Assembly (NCBI RefSeq): GCF_006345805.1 | Contig: NC_043026.1 | Span: 5,642,001 to 5,706,000, forward strand | DNA: 64,000 nucleotides | Origin: Octopus sinensis | Lineage: Eukaryota | Direction of reading: 5' to 3' | Shown here: in pieces, positions 13,322-25,184 of the stretch | How the letters are laid out: every line of letters starts with the position of its first letter | How positions within the stretch are numbered: position 1 is the first letter of the stretch | Notes under the pieces: model-generated | The model's database searches: none | The model's input: only the letters and a program-made list of their open reading frames with translations | What the model was told of the DNA's origin: nothing | Made by a program: the position numbers and the translations under genes

Positions 13322-13666
13322 GTGTAGCAATATTGATATCCTCACTCTTTGAGAAAAATATCAGGAATGACCTCGTTTGAGATTACAACCATCTTTGGCT
13401 AATTAACTCTGTTGTGCCCACTGATCTGATTGGTTAGCATCTAGCGCAGTCTGTCTCTCTACTTATTTCGCGCCAATCCTATCCGAAGGCCATGATTGGT
13501 CAGTTTACACACTGGCGCGGAATAAGTAGGGAGACAGACCGCGCTAGATGCTAACCAATCAGGTCAGTGGGCACAACAGGGTTAACTAGCCAAAGATGGT
13601 TGTAATCTCAAACGAGATCATTCCTAAAGTTTTCCTCAAAGAGTGAGGATATCAATATTGCTACAC
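13322..13666. repeat. Long imperfect inverted repeat (about 150-bp arms, about 37-nt loop), MITE/foldback-like
   Basis: gtgtagcaatattgatatcctcactctttgag... pairs with ...ctcaaagagtgaggatatcaatattgctacac. Confidence 0.9.
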
Positions 13667-13722
13667 CTGCAACCAATGACAAGGTGGTACTCATCTGCAA
13701 GGCAGGTATTTGGGTCAATGGA

Positions 13723-14428
13723 ACTGCCATACACAGACAACTTCAGCAAAAAATAGGGATTTTCATAGAAAAAAAGCACCTTTTTGATGTAAATAATATT
13801 TGGTGTTAACATGGTCCGATTTGAATTTTTTCTTCTACGGAAGGAAGAGCAAGCCTTCTTCTGTCATACTCTCAATTTTGGTCAACTTGCGCCACAGGGT
13901 CTCGGAGGAGATAGCGTTAGTTGAAGGCTACCAAACCTGCCACACACAGACAACTTCAGCTTTATAAATAGTAAAAAATAGGGATCTTCATAGAAAAAAA
14001 ACACCTTTTTGATGTAAATAATATTTGGTGTTAACATGGTCCAATTTGAATTTTTTTCTTCTATGGAATGAAGAGCAAGCCTTCTTCTATCATACTTTCA
14101 ATTTTGGTCAACTTGCGCCACAGGGTCTCGGAGGAGATAGCGTTAGTTGAAGGCTACCAAACCTGCCACACACAGACAACTTCAGCTTTATAAATAGTAA
14201 AAAATAGGGATCTTCATAGAAAAAAAGCACCTTTTTGATGTAAATAATATTTGGTGTTAACATGATCCAATTTGAATTTTTTTCTTCTATGGAATGAAGA
14301 GCAAGCCTTCTTCTATCATACTTTCAATTTTGGTCACCTTGCGCCACAGGGTCTCGGAGGAGATAGCGTTAGTTGAAGGCTACCAAACCTGCCATACACA
14401 GACAACTTCAGCTTTATATATAGAGAGA
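13723..14428 (-). repeat. Tandem array of about 226-bp Helitron-like 5' segments (about 3 copies)
   Basis: The motif cctgccacacacagac recurs at 13936, 14162 and 14388. The minus strand starts TCTCTCTATATATAAAGCTGAAG. Confidence 0.75.
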
Positions 14429-14659
14429 TATTTTTGCAGTATTTCTTCTGCTTTCTCTTGATATTGTTTTCAATTATTTTCCACCTTTTTAAATTGTATT
14501 TTCATTTTTTCTAATTATTATTATTTTTTTTTTGGTAATACATTTTAATAAATTTAAAACAAACTTGATAAAAAATAAATTATAATGTAAAAAAGTGGAA
14601 AAATTATTATTGTTACTTCTATAAAGTTAATATTCGTTTTTCATTTCCCTGATATTTTC

Positions 14660-15760
14660 TCTCCCACCTCTCTCTCTCTTTTTTTCTCTCTTGCCTCTCC
14701 CTCTCTCCCTCTCTCCTTCTCTCTCTTGCTGCTCTCTTTTCTTTACCTTTCTCTTTCTATTGTCTTTTTCTCTTTCTCTCTAATTCTTTCTTGCCCTGCC
14801 TGTCTCTCTCTCTTTCTTGCCCTTGCTCCTCTTGCTCTCTCTCTCTCTCTCTCGCCCCTTCTCTCTTTCTCTTGTTTCTGTCTCTCTTTTGTTCGTCTCT
14901 TTTCCTTGCCTCTTATTCTGTCCATCTCTTTCTCTCTTACTCTTTCTCTTTCTCTCTTGTTCCTGTCTCTCTCTCTCCTTTCCTGTCTCTCTCTCTCATT
15001 CCTGTCTCTCTGTCTCTCTCTTGTTCCTGTCTGTCTCTCTCTCTCTTGTCTAACTCTGTCTCTCTCTCTTGTTCCTCTCTCTCTCGTTCCTGTCTCTCTC
15101 TCTCTCTCTCTTGTCTATCTCTCTCTTGTCTATCTCTGTCTCTCTCTTGTTCCTGTCTGTCTCTCTCTCTCTTGTTCCTCTCTCTCTCTCTCTTGCTCCT
15201 CTCTCTCCCTCTCTCATCCCTCTTTGTTCCTTGCCTCCTATTCTCTCCATTTCTCCCTATCACCCTTGTCTCTCTCTCTCTATCTTGTCCCCATCTCTCC
15301 CTCTCTTGCCTCTCTCTCTTGCTCCTCCTTCTCTTGTCCACCCCATCCCTCTCTCCCTTGCCTCTCACTCTCTCTGGTTTCTCTCTCTTTCCCCCTTCTC
15401 TCCCTTTATCACCCTCTCTCTCAACACTCACCCCCTCTCTCCTTTTACCCTCTCCCTCATCTCTCTCTCATCCTCATCTCTCTCTCATCCTCATCTCTCT
15501 CTCATCCTCATCTCTCTCTCATCCTCATCTCTCTCTCTCATCCTCATCTCTCTCTCATCCTCATCTCTCTCTCTCATCCTCATCTCTCTCTCATCCTCAT
15601 CTCTCTCTCATCCTCATCTCTCTCTCATCCTCATCTCTCTCTCATCCTCATCTCTCTCTCTCATCCTCATCTCTCTCTCATCCTCATCTCTCTCTCTCAT
15701 CCTCATCTCTCTCTCATCCTCATCTCTCTCTCATCCTCATCTCTCTCTCTCTTTCTTCTT
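14660..15760. repeat. Pyrimidine-rich (CT)n/(CTCTCTCATCCTCAT)n tract ending at the exon 4 acceptor
   Basis: Directly visible. Confidence 0.95.
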
Positions 15761-15763
15761 CAG

Positions 15764-15895
15764 CCTGAAAGTTGGTCTCCTTCACGAAGCAAAAGAGGTG
15801 CGTGCTGCCACCTTGAGGGTAATTCGCTACCTACTCACCGAGCAGAAGGTTCTAGATATTATTGTCAGTTTACACATTGACTACCTCATAGCAAG
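15764..15895 (+). CDS. RICTOR: RICTOR exon 4 (CLKVGLLHEAKEVRAATLRVIRYLLTEQKVLDIIVSLHIDYLIAR)
   Basis: cttcag| ... AG|gtaagc, 132 nt, phase 2/2. Matches LRLALLNEAKEVRAAGLRALRYL...VDYLIAR. Confidence 0.97.
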
Positions 15896-16221
15896 GTAAG
15901 CGACCACCACCTTCTATCTCTCTCTCTCCCTCTCTCTCTCTCAATCTTGACAACAAATGGGATAGTCATGGGTGGAACACCCCCACCTCTTTGATCCCGG
16001 ATTTGCTGGATTAGAGCTGATGTAAGGTTAAATGATGACAGAGAAGGAAATGTTGGATAATGTAATCGCTGGCTGTGTGGGTAAGAAGCTTGGATCTCAG
16101 CCTCATTGTCTTGGGTTCAATCCCACAGTGTGGTACCTTGGGGAGTATCCTCCGCTACAGCCCCATGCCAGTCGAAGCCTTGCAAATGAATTTGGTAGGC
16201 GGAAAGTGAAAGAAGCCTGTC

Positions 16222-16254
<33 letters not shown>

Positions 16255-16304
16255 ATTATATACTCCTTTACTTTTTATATGTATGTATATATATATTATA
16301 TATG

Positions 16305-16338
<34 letters not shown>

Positions 16339-16397
16339 GTATATATATTTATATATATACACATGTATGTATATATATGTGTATATATATATGTATG

Positions 16398-16429
<32 letters not shown>

Positions 16430-16580
16430 ATATATACATCAGTATGTATATATATGTATATATATAAATATGTATGTATATGTATATATGTATGTATGTA
16501 TATATGTTATATATATATGTATGTATATGTATATTGTATATGTATATATGTATATATAAATGTATGTATATGTATATATG

Positions 16581-16621
<41 letters not shown>

Positions 16622-16833
16622 ATATATACATACATATATATATATGTATGTATATATATACATACATATATATATATATCATATTGTATGTGTGTGTCTT
16701 ACACTGTGTATTTGTATTATTCTTTCAGTTTATCACACATCACATTGCTTTCTCACTCTCACTCACACTCACTCTCTCACTCGCCACTCACTCTCTCACT
16801 CGCCACTCACTTCTCACTCTCCCTCCACTCTAG

Positions 16834-17024
16834 ATGTCTGGACATCTGCCTGAGCAACGAGGTCGAACGCATCCATGCCATGAAACTGATCCGGAAGATA
16901 ATCCAGCTGTTTCCCCACCAGGTGCCGCTGTCGATGCTCTACCCCATGGTGGCTATTGGCAGGGACGGCTCCTCCGAGAGGGATCGACTGAGGCGGGCTT
17001 GTCTTGCAACCATCTGTGAACTCG
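16834..17024 (+). CDS. RICTOR: RICTOR exon 5 ([21 protein letters not shown]...[22 protein letters not shown])
   Basis: ctctag| ... G|gtgagt, 191 nt, phase 2/1. Matches CIDIQQSNEVERTQALRLVRK...ERDRMVRACIAIICEL. Confidence 0.97.
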
Positions 17025-17152
17025 GTGAGTATTCCTACATTTGCTCTCTGTGTGTATGTGTGCACATGTATATGTGTGTGTGTGTGCCCCAGCATGGCCA
17101 CAGCTCGTGAGCTGAAACTAGATAAAGATAAAGATATATATATATATATATA

Positions 17153-17740
17153 GGCGCAGGAGTGGCTGTGTGGTAAGTAGCTTGTTTACCAACCACATGG
17201 TTCCGGGTTCAGTCCCACTGCGTGGCACCTTGGGCAAGTGTCTTCTACTATAGCCTCGGGCCGACCAAAGCCTTGTGAGTGGATTTGGTAGACGGAAACT
17301 GAAAGAAGCCCGTCGTATATATGTGTATATATATATATATAGGTGCAGGAGTGGCTGTGTGGTAAGTAGCTTGTTTACCAACCACATGGTTCCGGGTTCA
17401 GTCCCACTGCGTGGCACCTTGAGCAAGTGTCTTCTACTATAGCCCCGGGCCGACCAAAGCCTTGTGAGTGGATTTGGTAGACGGAAACTTAAAGAAGCCC
17501 ATCGTATATATGTATATATATATGTGTGTGCGTGTATGTTTGTGTGTCTGTGTTTGTCCCCCTAGCATTGCTTGACAACCGATGCTGGTGTGTTTACGTC
17601 CCCGTTACTTAGCGGTTCGGCAAAAGTGACCAATAGAATAAGTACTGGGCTTACAAAGAATAAGTCCCGGGGTCGATTTACTCGACTAAAGGCGGTGCTT
17701 CAGCATGGCCGCAGCCAAATGACTGTAACAAGTAATAGAG
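17153..17740 (+). mobile_element. SINE family B, head-to-tail dimer
   Basis: Two heads, at 17153 and about 17342, with a full tail on the second. Confidence 0.85.
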
Positions 17741-17768
17741 TATATATACATATATGATATATATATAT

Positions 17769-17837
<69 letters not shown>

Positions 17838-18135
17838 GTGGAAGCGCAATGGCCCAGTTGTTAGGGCAGCAGACTCGCGGTTGGAGGATCGCGGTTTCGA
17901 TTCCCAGACCGGGCGTTGTGAGTGTTTATTGAGCGAAAACACCTAAAGCTCCACGAGGCTCCAGCAGGAGGTGGTGGTGATCCCTGCTGTACTCTTTCAC
18001 CACTCTTTCTTCTGTTGGCCTGCTCGCTTAGCCAGCGGGGTGGCGTCGTCCGAAGGCTAAAACAATGCGAAGCGCATTGTGACCAGCGATGTGTAGCAAC
18101 ATCTGATGGTCTGGTCGGTCACGTGATCACGTGAT
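17838..18135 (+). mobile_element. tRNA-derived SINE family C
   Basis: gtggaagcgcaatggcccagttgttagggcagc...ggtttcgattcccagacc head. Other copies at 58699-58965(+), 39600-39835(-) and 41390-41600(-). Confidence 0.8.
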
Positions 18136-18589
18136 ATATATATACATATATATATCAGATTTTGTAAGTAGTAGATGTACGTGTGTGTGTGTGTTGGTGC
18201 AAGCATGGCTGAGTGGTAAGATACTTGCTTCCCAACTTCATGTTCCTGGGTTCAGTCCCACTGCATGGCACCTTGTGTCTTCTACTATATAGCTCTGGGC
18301 CAACCAAAGCCTTGTGAGTGGATTTGGTAGATGGAAACTGAAAGAAACCTGTTGCATGTGTGTGTGTGTTCATGTCTGTATCCTCCACCGTATGACAACT
18401 GGTGTTGGTTTGTTTACATCCCCATAACTTTAGCAGTTTGGTAAAAAGAGGCAAAATATGTACCAGGGTTAAAATGTTTGCAAAATGAGTTCTGGGGCCG
18501 ATTTGTATGACTGAAAAAATTCAAGGTGGTGCCCCAGCATGGCCACAGTCTAATGACCGAAACGAGTAAAAGGTTAAAGATATCGTCGT

Positions 18590-19815
18590 GGTTACTGCCA
18601 CTTTCACACCACAACTACCATTACTGCTTTCACCACCACTATCACCACTTGTACTATAACCCACGTCCTAGAATGTGGTTATTAGTACCATTACACCACC
18701 ACAACCACAGCCTCTTGCATCACCACCACTACCACCACCACCACTACCACAACCACCACCACCACCATACTTGGTCATGTGGTATAATATTACTACTACT
18801 ATTACCACCATGGTAATCACACCACTACTATTACCACTACCACCACCACTACCAATACCACCACCAATACCACTATCACCACCACACTCAGTCATGTGGT
18901 ATTACACTGCTACTACCACCCTGGTAACCACCACCAACACCACCACTGTACTTGGTCATATGCTATAATATTACTATTACTATTACCACAATGGTAATCA
19001 CACTACCACCACCACTACTACTACTACCACCACCACTACCAATACCACCACTACCACTGCCATCACCACCACACTTAGTCATGTGGTATTACACTGCTAC
19101 TACCACCATAGTAACCACAATCACTACTACTACTACCACCACCACCACTACCACCACCACTACCAATACCACCACCACCACATTCAGTCATGTGGTATTA
19201 CACTGCTACTACAACCATGGTAACCACCACTGTACTTGGTCATATGGTATACTATTACTATTACCACCATGGTAACCACCACCAACACCACTACCAATAC
19301 CATCAATACCACCACCACCACCACTACCACCACTGCCATCACCACCAACACCGTACTTGGTCATATGGTATATTACTATTACTATTACCACCATGGTAAC
19401 CACACTACCACCACCACCACCACCACCATTACCACCACACTCAGTCATGTGGTATTACACTGCTACTACCACCACAGTAACCACTACCAATACCACTACC
19501 ACCACCACTACCAATATCACTACCACCATTACCACCACCACCACTACCAATACCATCACCACACTCAGTCATATGGTATTACACTGCTACTACCACCATG
19601 GTAACCACCACTGTACTTGGTCATATGGTATATTACTATTACCACCATGGTAACCACACTACCACCACCACCACCACCACCACCACCACCACCACCACCA
19701 CTACTACTACTACTACTACCATCACCACTACTACTACCACCACCACCATTACTACCATCACCACCACTACTACTGCCACCACCACCACCACCACCACCAC
19801 CACCATCACCATGTA
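18590..19815. repeat. Degenerate (CAC/TAC)n minisatellite with recurring cagtcatgtggtattacactgc / gtacttggtcatatggta motifs
   Basis: Directly visible; source of many false T/H/P-rich ORFs. Confidence 0.92.
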
Positions 19816-19862
19816 ATTTCCTATTGAAGTTTTCACTAGTTTTTCCTCCGCCCAAACATTAG

Positions 19863-19919
19863 GCACAAAAAAGACGGATGGACTGAGGCAAGTATGCCTT
19901 GCCACCTTATGTGAACTGG
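19863..19919 (+). CDS. RICTOR: Candidate duplicated/alternative RICTOR exon (G-TKKTDGLRQVCLATLCEL), paralogous to the 3' end of exon 5; alternative acceptor at 19840
   Basis: acattag| 57 nt, open in frame, G|gtaagt. 11/19 aa identical and ungapped versus 16967-17024. Confidence 0.55.
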
Positions 19920-20029
19920 GTAAGTACCACCTCTCCACACCGATCCATCTCTTCACTTTAACACTCCGTTCCAACTCACTAACGTTACACTCTCTCCATT
20001 AACTCTCTTCCCCCTCTCTCTCTCTCTCT

Positions 20030-21170
20030 ACATATCTATCTATCTATCCATTCATCTATTTATCTCTCCATCTATCTAGGGATCTATCTATTTGTATCTC
20101 TCTCTCTCTCTATTAGTATCTTTCTTTTTGTCTCTCTCTCTCTCTTTGTCTCTTTCTATTTGTCTCTCTCTCTCTATTTGTCTCTTTCTCTTTGTCTCTC
20201 TCTCTATTTGTCTCTCTCTCTCTATTTGTCTCTCTATATATTTGTCTCTCTCTCTATATATATTTGTCTCTCTCTCTCTCTATTTGTCTCTCTCTCTCTA
20301 TTTGTCTCTCTTTCTATTTGTCTCTCTCTATTTGTCTCTCTCTCTATTTGTCTCTCTTTGTCTCTTTCTCTCTATATTTGTCTCTCTCTCTCTTTGTCTC
20401 TTTCTCTTTGTCTCTCTCTCTATTTGTCTCTCTTTATTTGTCTCTTTCTCTTTGTCTCTCTCTCTCTATTTGTCTCTCTCTCTCTCTATTTGTCTCTCTA
20501 TATATTTGTCTTCTCTCTATATATTGTCTCTCTCTCTATATATATTTGTCTCTCTCTCTCTCTATTTGTCTCTCTCTCTCTATTTGTCTCTCTTTCTATT
20601 TGTCTCTCTATATTTGTCTCTCTCTCTCTTTGTCTCTCTCTCTCTTTGTCTCTTTCTCTTTGTCTCTCTCTCTCTATTTGTCTCTCTTTATTTGTCTCTT
20701 TCTCTTTGTCTCTCTCTCTCTCTATTTGTTTCTCTCTCTATTTGTCTCTCTCTCTATTTGTCTCTCTCTCTCTTTGTCTCTCTTTGTTTCTTTCTCTTTG
20801 TCTCTCTCTCTCTATTTGTTTCTCTCTCTATTTGTCTCTCTCTCTCTCTATTTGTTTCTCTCTCTATTTGTCTCTCTCTCTCTATTTGTCTCTCTCTCTA
20901 TTTGTCTCACTCTCTCTATTTGTCTCTCTCTCTCTTTGTCTCTTTCTCTTTGTCTCTCTTTCTCTATTTGTTTCTCTCTCTCTATTTGTCTTTCTCTCTC
21001 TCTCTTTGTCTTTCTCTCTCTTTGTCCCGCTCTCCTCTCTCTCTCTATTTGTCTTTCTCTCTTTTTGTCTCTCTCTCTATTTGTCTCTCTCTCTCTCTAT
21101 TTGTCTTTCTCTCTATTTGTCCTCTCTCTCTCTATTTGTCTCTCTCTCTCTCTCTATTTGTCTCTCTCTT
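20030..21170. repeat. (CT)n-TATTTGT compound microsatellite
   Basis: Directly visible. Confidence 0.95.
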
Positions 21171-21540
21171 CTCTTACCTTCATCTTTTCCCGTCCATCTT
21201 CCATCTCTTTCTACATTGTCCTCTCCCTCCATCTCGCTCTCTCTCCCCCCGCATCTCTCCTCTTTAACAAACAACTCACACAATTCTATCTAACCATTAA
21301 AAAGAAATCTAATTCAAATTTATTACTCAGAGGCACCATCTGCACAAAAGAGCTACATTTAAGTGCGTGCGAATGTGTTGAATGTTGTGAGATTATTTAA
21401 AAAATCAATGTCTTATAGGAACACAGTATTTCATTATGCAATCATTACATAATATAAAGTATAGTAAATGCTTTATAAGCCAATACTGTGTTCTACTGTG
21501 TTAGCAGTGCTATAACATCATTTGTTAAGGTTATCTTTTA

Positions 21541-22361
21541 TCTCTCAATATATAAACAGCAAAATGTCTGTGTGTGTGTCCTTTATACAAATCCACAATT
21601 TTTCAGTTAGAGGGCTCACACCTTCTATGGTCATTCAAAACCGTCCAAGGGTGGTCGTGCACATCTTTACATTTCTCCAGTCGCCCCGCAAATCTCTCTA
21701 TATATAAATGGCAAAATGTCTGTGTGTGTGTCCTTTATACAAATCCACAATTTTTCAGTTAGAGGGCTCGCACTTTCTATGGTCATTCAAAACCGTCCAA
21801 GGGTGGTCGTGCACATCTTTAGTTTTCCCCAGTCACCCCGCAAATCTCTCTATATATAAACGGCAAAATCTCTGTGTGTGTGTCCTTTATACAAATCCAC
21901 AATTTTTCAGTTAGAGGGCTCGCACTTTCTATGGTCATTCAAAACTGTCCAAGAGTGGTTGTGCACATCTTTACATTTCCCCAGTCACCCCGCAAATCTC
22001 TCTATATATAAACGGCAAAATCTCTGTGTGTGTGTGTCCTTTATACAAATCCACAATTTTTCAGTTAGAGGGCTCGCACTTTCTATAGTCATTCAAAACC
22101 GTCCAAGGGTGGTCATGCACATCTTTACATTTCCCCAGTCACCCCGCAAAGCCATTAAAAATCAATAGAAGTGACTTTTCTGTGAATTTTCTATCCAAAA
22201 CCCAATCAAAATGCCTGAAACTTGATACGCCAATTGAATGCCAGCTAGCTGTATGTGATTGGTCGGAGATTTGGACAGTACTCGCATGTATGTGCGCATG
22301 CACGCAGCTGTATATGCATGCACTAGCACTATGACCCAGCAACGCCAGGTCATAGTGCTAG
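21541..22361 (+). mobile_element. Helitron-like element with four tandem 152-bp 5' segments
   Basis: The aaaat(g/c)tctgtgtgtg motif starts at 21561, 21713, 21865 and 22017, each after tctctatatataaa. The 3' end is cccagcaacgccagg...gCTAGt. Confidence 0.7.
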
Positions 22362-22654
22362 TCTTTATAATAATCTGTTTGTTCATTTGCCTGTTACACT
22401 TTAGTTAGTTAGAGAGGTGGGGTAAAAGTGAGAGTTAGTGGGGGAAGAGAGAACTGTGAGTAGAGAAGAAAGAAGAGAGGAGTATAAGGATACACTTAGG
22501 TGAAATGTATCATGCGGTTAGTTGAAGGGAGAGGTGAAGAGTAAGAGAAAAAGACAGTGAGAGAAAAGTGGGAGAGAGAAGTGTTAGTGATATGCTATTG
22601 GGTGGAGAGGGAAAAGTGAAGAGAAAAAGAAAAATGTTAAAGACATGAAGAGGG

Positions 22655-23430
22655 GAGTGGTGTGTGGTAAGTAGCTTGCTTACCAACTACATGGTTCCAG
22701 GTTCAGTCCCACTGCGTGGCACCTTGGGCAACTGTCTTCTACTATAGCCTCGGGCCGACCAAAGCCTTGTGAGTGGATTTGGTAGACGGAAACTGAAAGA
22801 AGCCCATCGTATATGTATATATATATGCATATGTATGTGTGCGTGTGTATATGTTTGTGTGTCTGTGTTTGTCCCCCCCCCCAACATCGCTTGACAATCG
22901 ATGGTGGTGTGTTTATGTCCCCGTAACGTAGCAGTTCGGCAAAAGAGACCGATAGAATAAGTACTGGGCTTACAAAAGAATAAGTCCGGGGGGGGGGGTC
23001 GATTCGCTCGACTATAAAGGCGGTGCTCCAGCATGGCCACAGTCAAATGACTGAAACAAGTAAAAGAGACCGATAGAATAAGTACTAGGCTTACAAAGAA
23101 TAAGTCCTGGGCGGGGGGTCGATTTGCTCGACTATAAAGGCGGTGCTCCAGCATGGCCACAGTCAAATGACTGAAACAAGTAAAAGGGACCGATAAAATA
23201 AGTACTAGGCTTTCAAAGAATAAGTCCTGGGAGTGGGGTCGATTTGCTCGACTATAAAGGCGGTGCTCCAGCATGGCCGCAGTCAAATGACTGAAACAAG
23301 TAAAAGAGGCCGATAGAATAAGTACTAGGCTTACAAAGAATAAGTCCTGGGGGCGGGGTCGATTTGCTCGACTATAAAGGCTGTGCTCCAGCATGGCCGC
23401 AGTCGAATGACTGAAACAAGTAAAAGAGTA
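22655..23430 (+). mobile_element. SINE family B with its 120-bp tail repeated four times
   Basis: gatagaataagtact...gaaacaagtaaaagag at about 22951, 23072, 23192 and 23311. Confidence 0.85.
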
Positions 23431-24409
23431 GAAGAGTACATTCTTACTGTCTCTCTCTTTCTCATGCTTATACAATCTTATTCTGCCTGTCTGTCTGTCT
23501 GTCTGTTTGTCACCCTTCCTTTGCTTAGACAAGTTTGTTCTCTCTTTCTTTTTTCTTATGCTCATACAATCTCATTCTCTCCCCCTCCCCCCATCTCTCT
23601 TTGCTATGCTTCTGCAACCTTATCCTTCCCATTCTTTCCGATACTCATTCAAAGTCTTATATTCTCTCTCCCTCTCTCTTTCATTATCTCATTGTCTTAC
23701 TCTCTCTCTTTCCCTTTCTCTCTCTCTGCCAATGGTTCTCTTTCTTTCATCATCATCATCATCATCGTTTAACGTCCGTTCTCCATGCTAGCACGGGTTG
23801 GACGGTTCGACCGGGGATCTGGGAAGCCAGGAGGCTGCACCAGTCTCCAGTCTTGATCTGGCAGTGTTTCTACAGCTGGATGCCCTTCCTAATGCCAACC
23901 ACTCCGTGAGTGTAGCGGGTGCTTTTTACGTGCCACCTGCACTGGAGACAGGCGAGGCTGGCATCGGCCACGGGCGATTTGGTGCTTTTTACGTGCCACC
24001 GGCACAGGTACCAGGGCAATCTGGCAGCGACCACGATCGGTTGGTGCTCTCTCAGCCCTTATATATACACACTCATTCACTTATCATTTTCATTCATACC
24101 CTTACATTTACTTTCACTTTCACTTTGTCATTCATTCATTCATTTTCTCTCGCTCTCTTATTCTTTAACCCAGCCACTGTATTACCCTCTTGCATTCACT
24201 CACCCTCTCACTCACACTCACACTCACTCTTTACTTACACTCTGTTATTTTTTTTTTTTCCAATTTCCATCACACGATTTCTTAACTAAGATCACTCTGT
24301 CTCTTTCTTTCTTTCTCTCTCGCTCTCTCTCTCTCCCTGTGTCTCTCTGCCTATACTGACCACCTCCCACACCTGGACCGAACTGGACCTCAACGACCTC
24401 CACCTGCAG

Positions 24410-24582
24410 CATTTGTGAACGCCCAGGCAGCTGACCGGTGCGATGCAATCAGCTGCATTCTGCGCAACATCCTGGACTGCTATCACTATCCACGGATCAA
24501 CGAGTCACTCGTGGTGACCGTGCTTTTCCTGCTAAACCATCCCAACACACGGCACTACATCAAACAGAACACTGACCTTGAG
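24410..24582 (+). CDS. RICTOR: RICTOR exon 6 (AFVNAQAADRCDAISCILRNILDCYHYPRINESLVVTVLFLLNHPNTRHYIKQNTDLE)
   Basis: ctgcag| ... GAG|gtgagt, 173 nt, phase 1/0. Matches ILKNVIDC-QLSRINEALITTILHLLNHPKTRQYV. Confidence 0.97.
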
Positions 24583-24800
24583 GTGAGTACTAACTACACA
24601 CTATTGCCATCATTTAGCATCCTGTTTTTTACACACACACACACACAAGTAGCTTGCTTACCAACCGCTTTATTCCGGGTTCAGTCCCACTGCGTGGCAC
24701 CTTGGGCAAGTGTCTTCTACTATAGCCTCTGGTCGACCAAAGCTTTGTGAGTGGATTTGTGACAGAAACTGAAAGAAGTCCATCGTATATATATATATAT

Positions 24801-25120
24801 ATATATAAACAAGGAAATGAAGAAAATGCTGACAAAATAATTTAAGTAAGGGAGAGTGTATTTAATTAGGTGAAAGTTCTTTTTACCGGTTGCGCATTTG
24901 TTATGCTTATCAAAAGATATTTTTTTAAGAGAGATAGAGTTTCTTTCTGATAGATTTTTTTCAATCTATCAGAAAGAAACTCTATCTCTCTTAAAAAATA
25001 TATCTTTTGATAAGCATAACAAATGCGCAACCGGTAAAAAGAACTTTCACCTAATTAAATACACTCTCCCTTACTTAAATTATTTTGTCAGCATTTTCTT
25101 CATTTCCTTTTTTTATATAT
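24801..25120. repeat. Near-perfect palindrome (about 155-bp arms, about 7-nt loop)
   Basis: Centre ...tttctgatagatt ttttttc aatctatcagaaa...; the arms pair out to aaggaaatgaagaaaatgctgac / gtcagcattttcttcatttcctt. Confidence 0.95.
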
Positions 25121-25184
25121 CACAACTCGTGTTCCACATCTCCTTTTTTAAATATATATATATATATATATATAGTTAATCCAA

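Noticed and set aside
14726-21400. Long Leu/Ser-rich, Tyr/Ile-rich and Thr/His-rich ORFs
   Set aside because: Translations of (CT)n, (TA)n and (CAC)n microsatellites. Only the short splice-bounded RICTOR exons within them are real.
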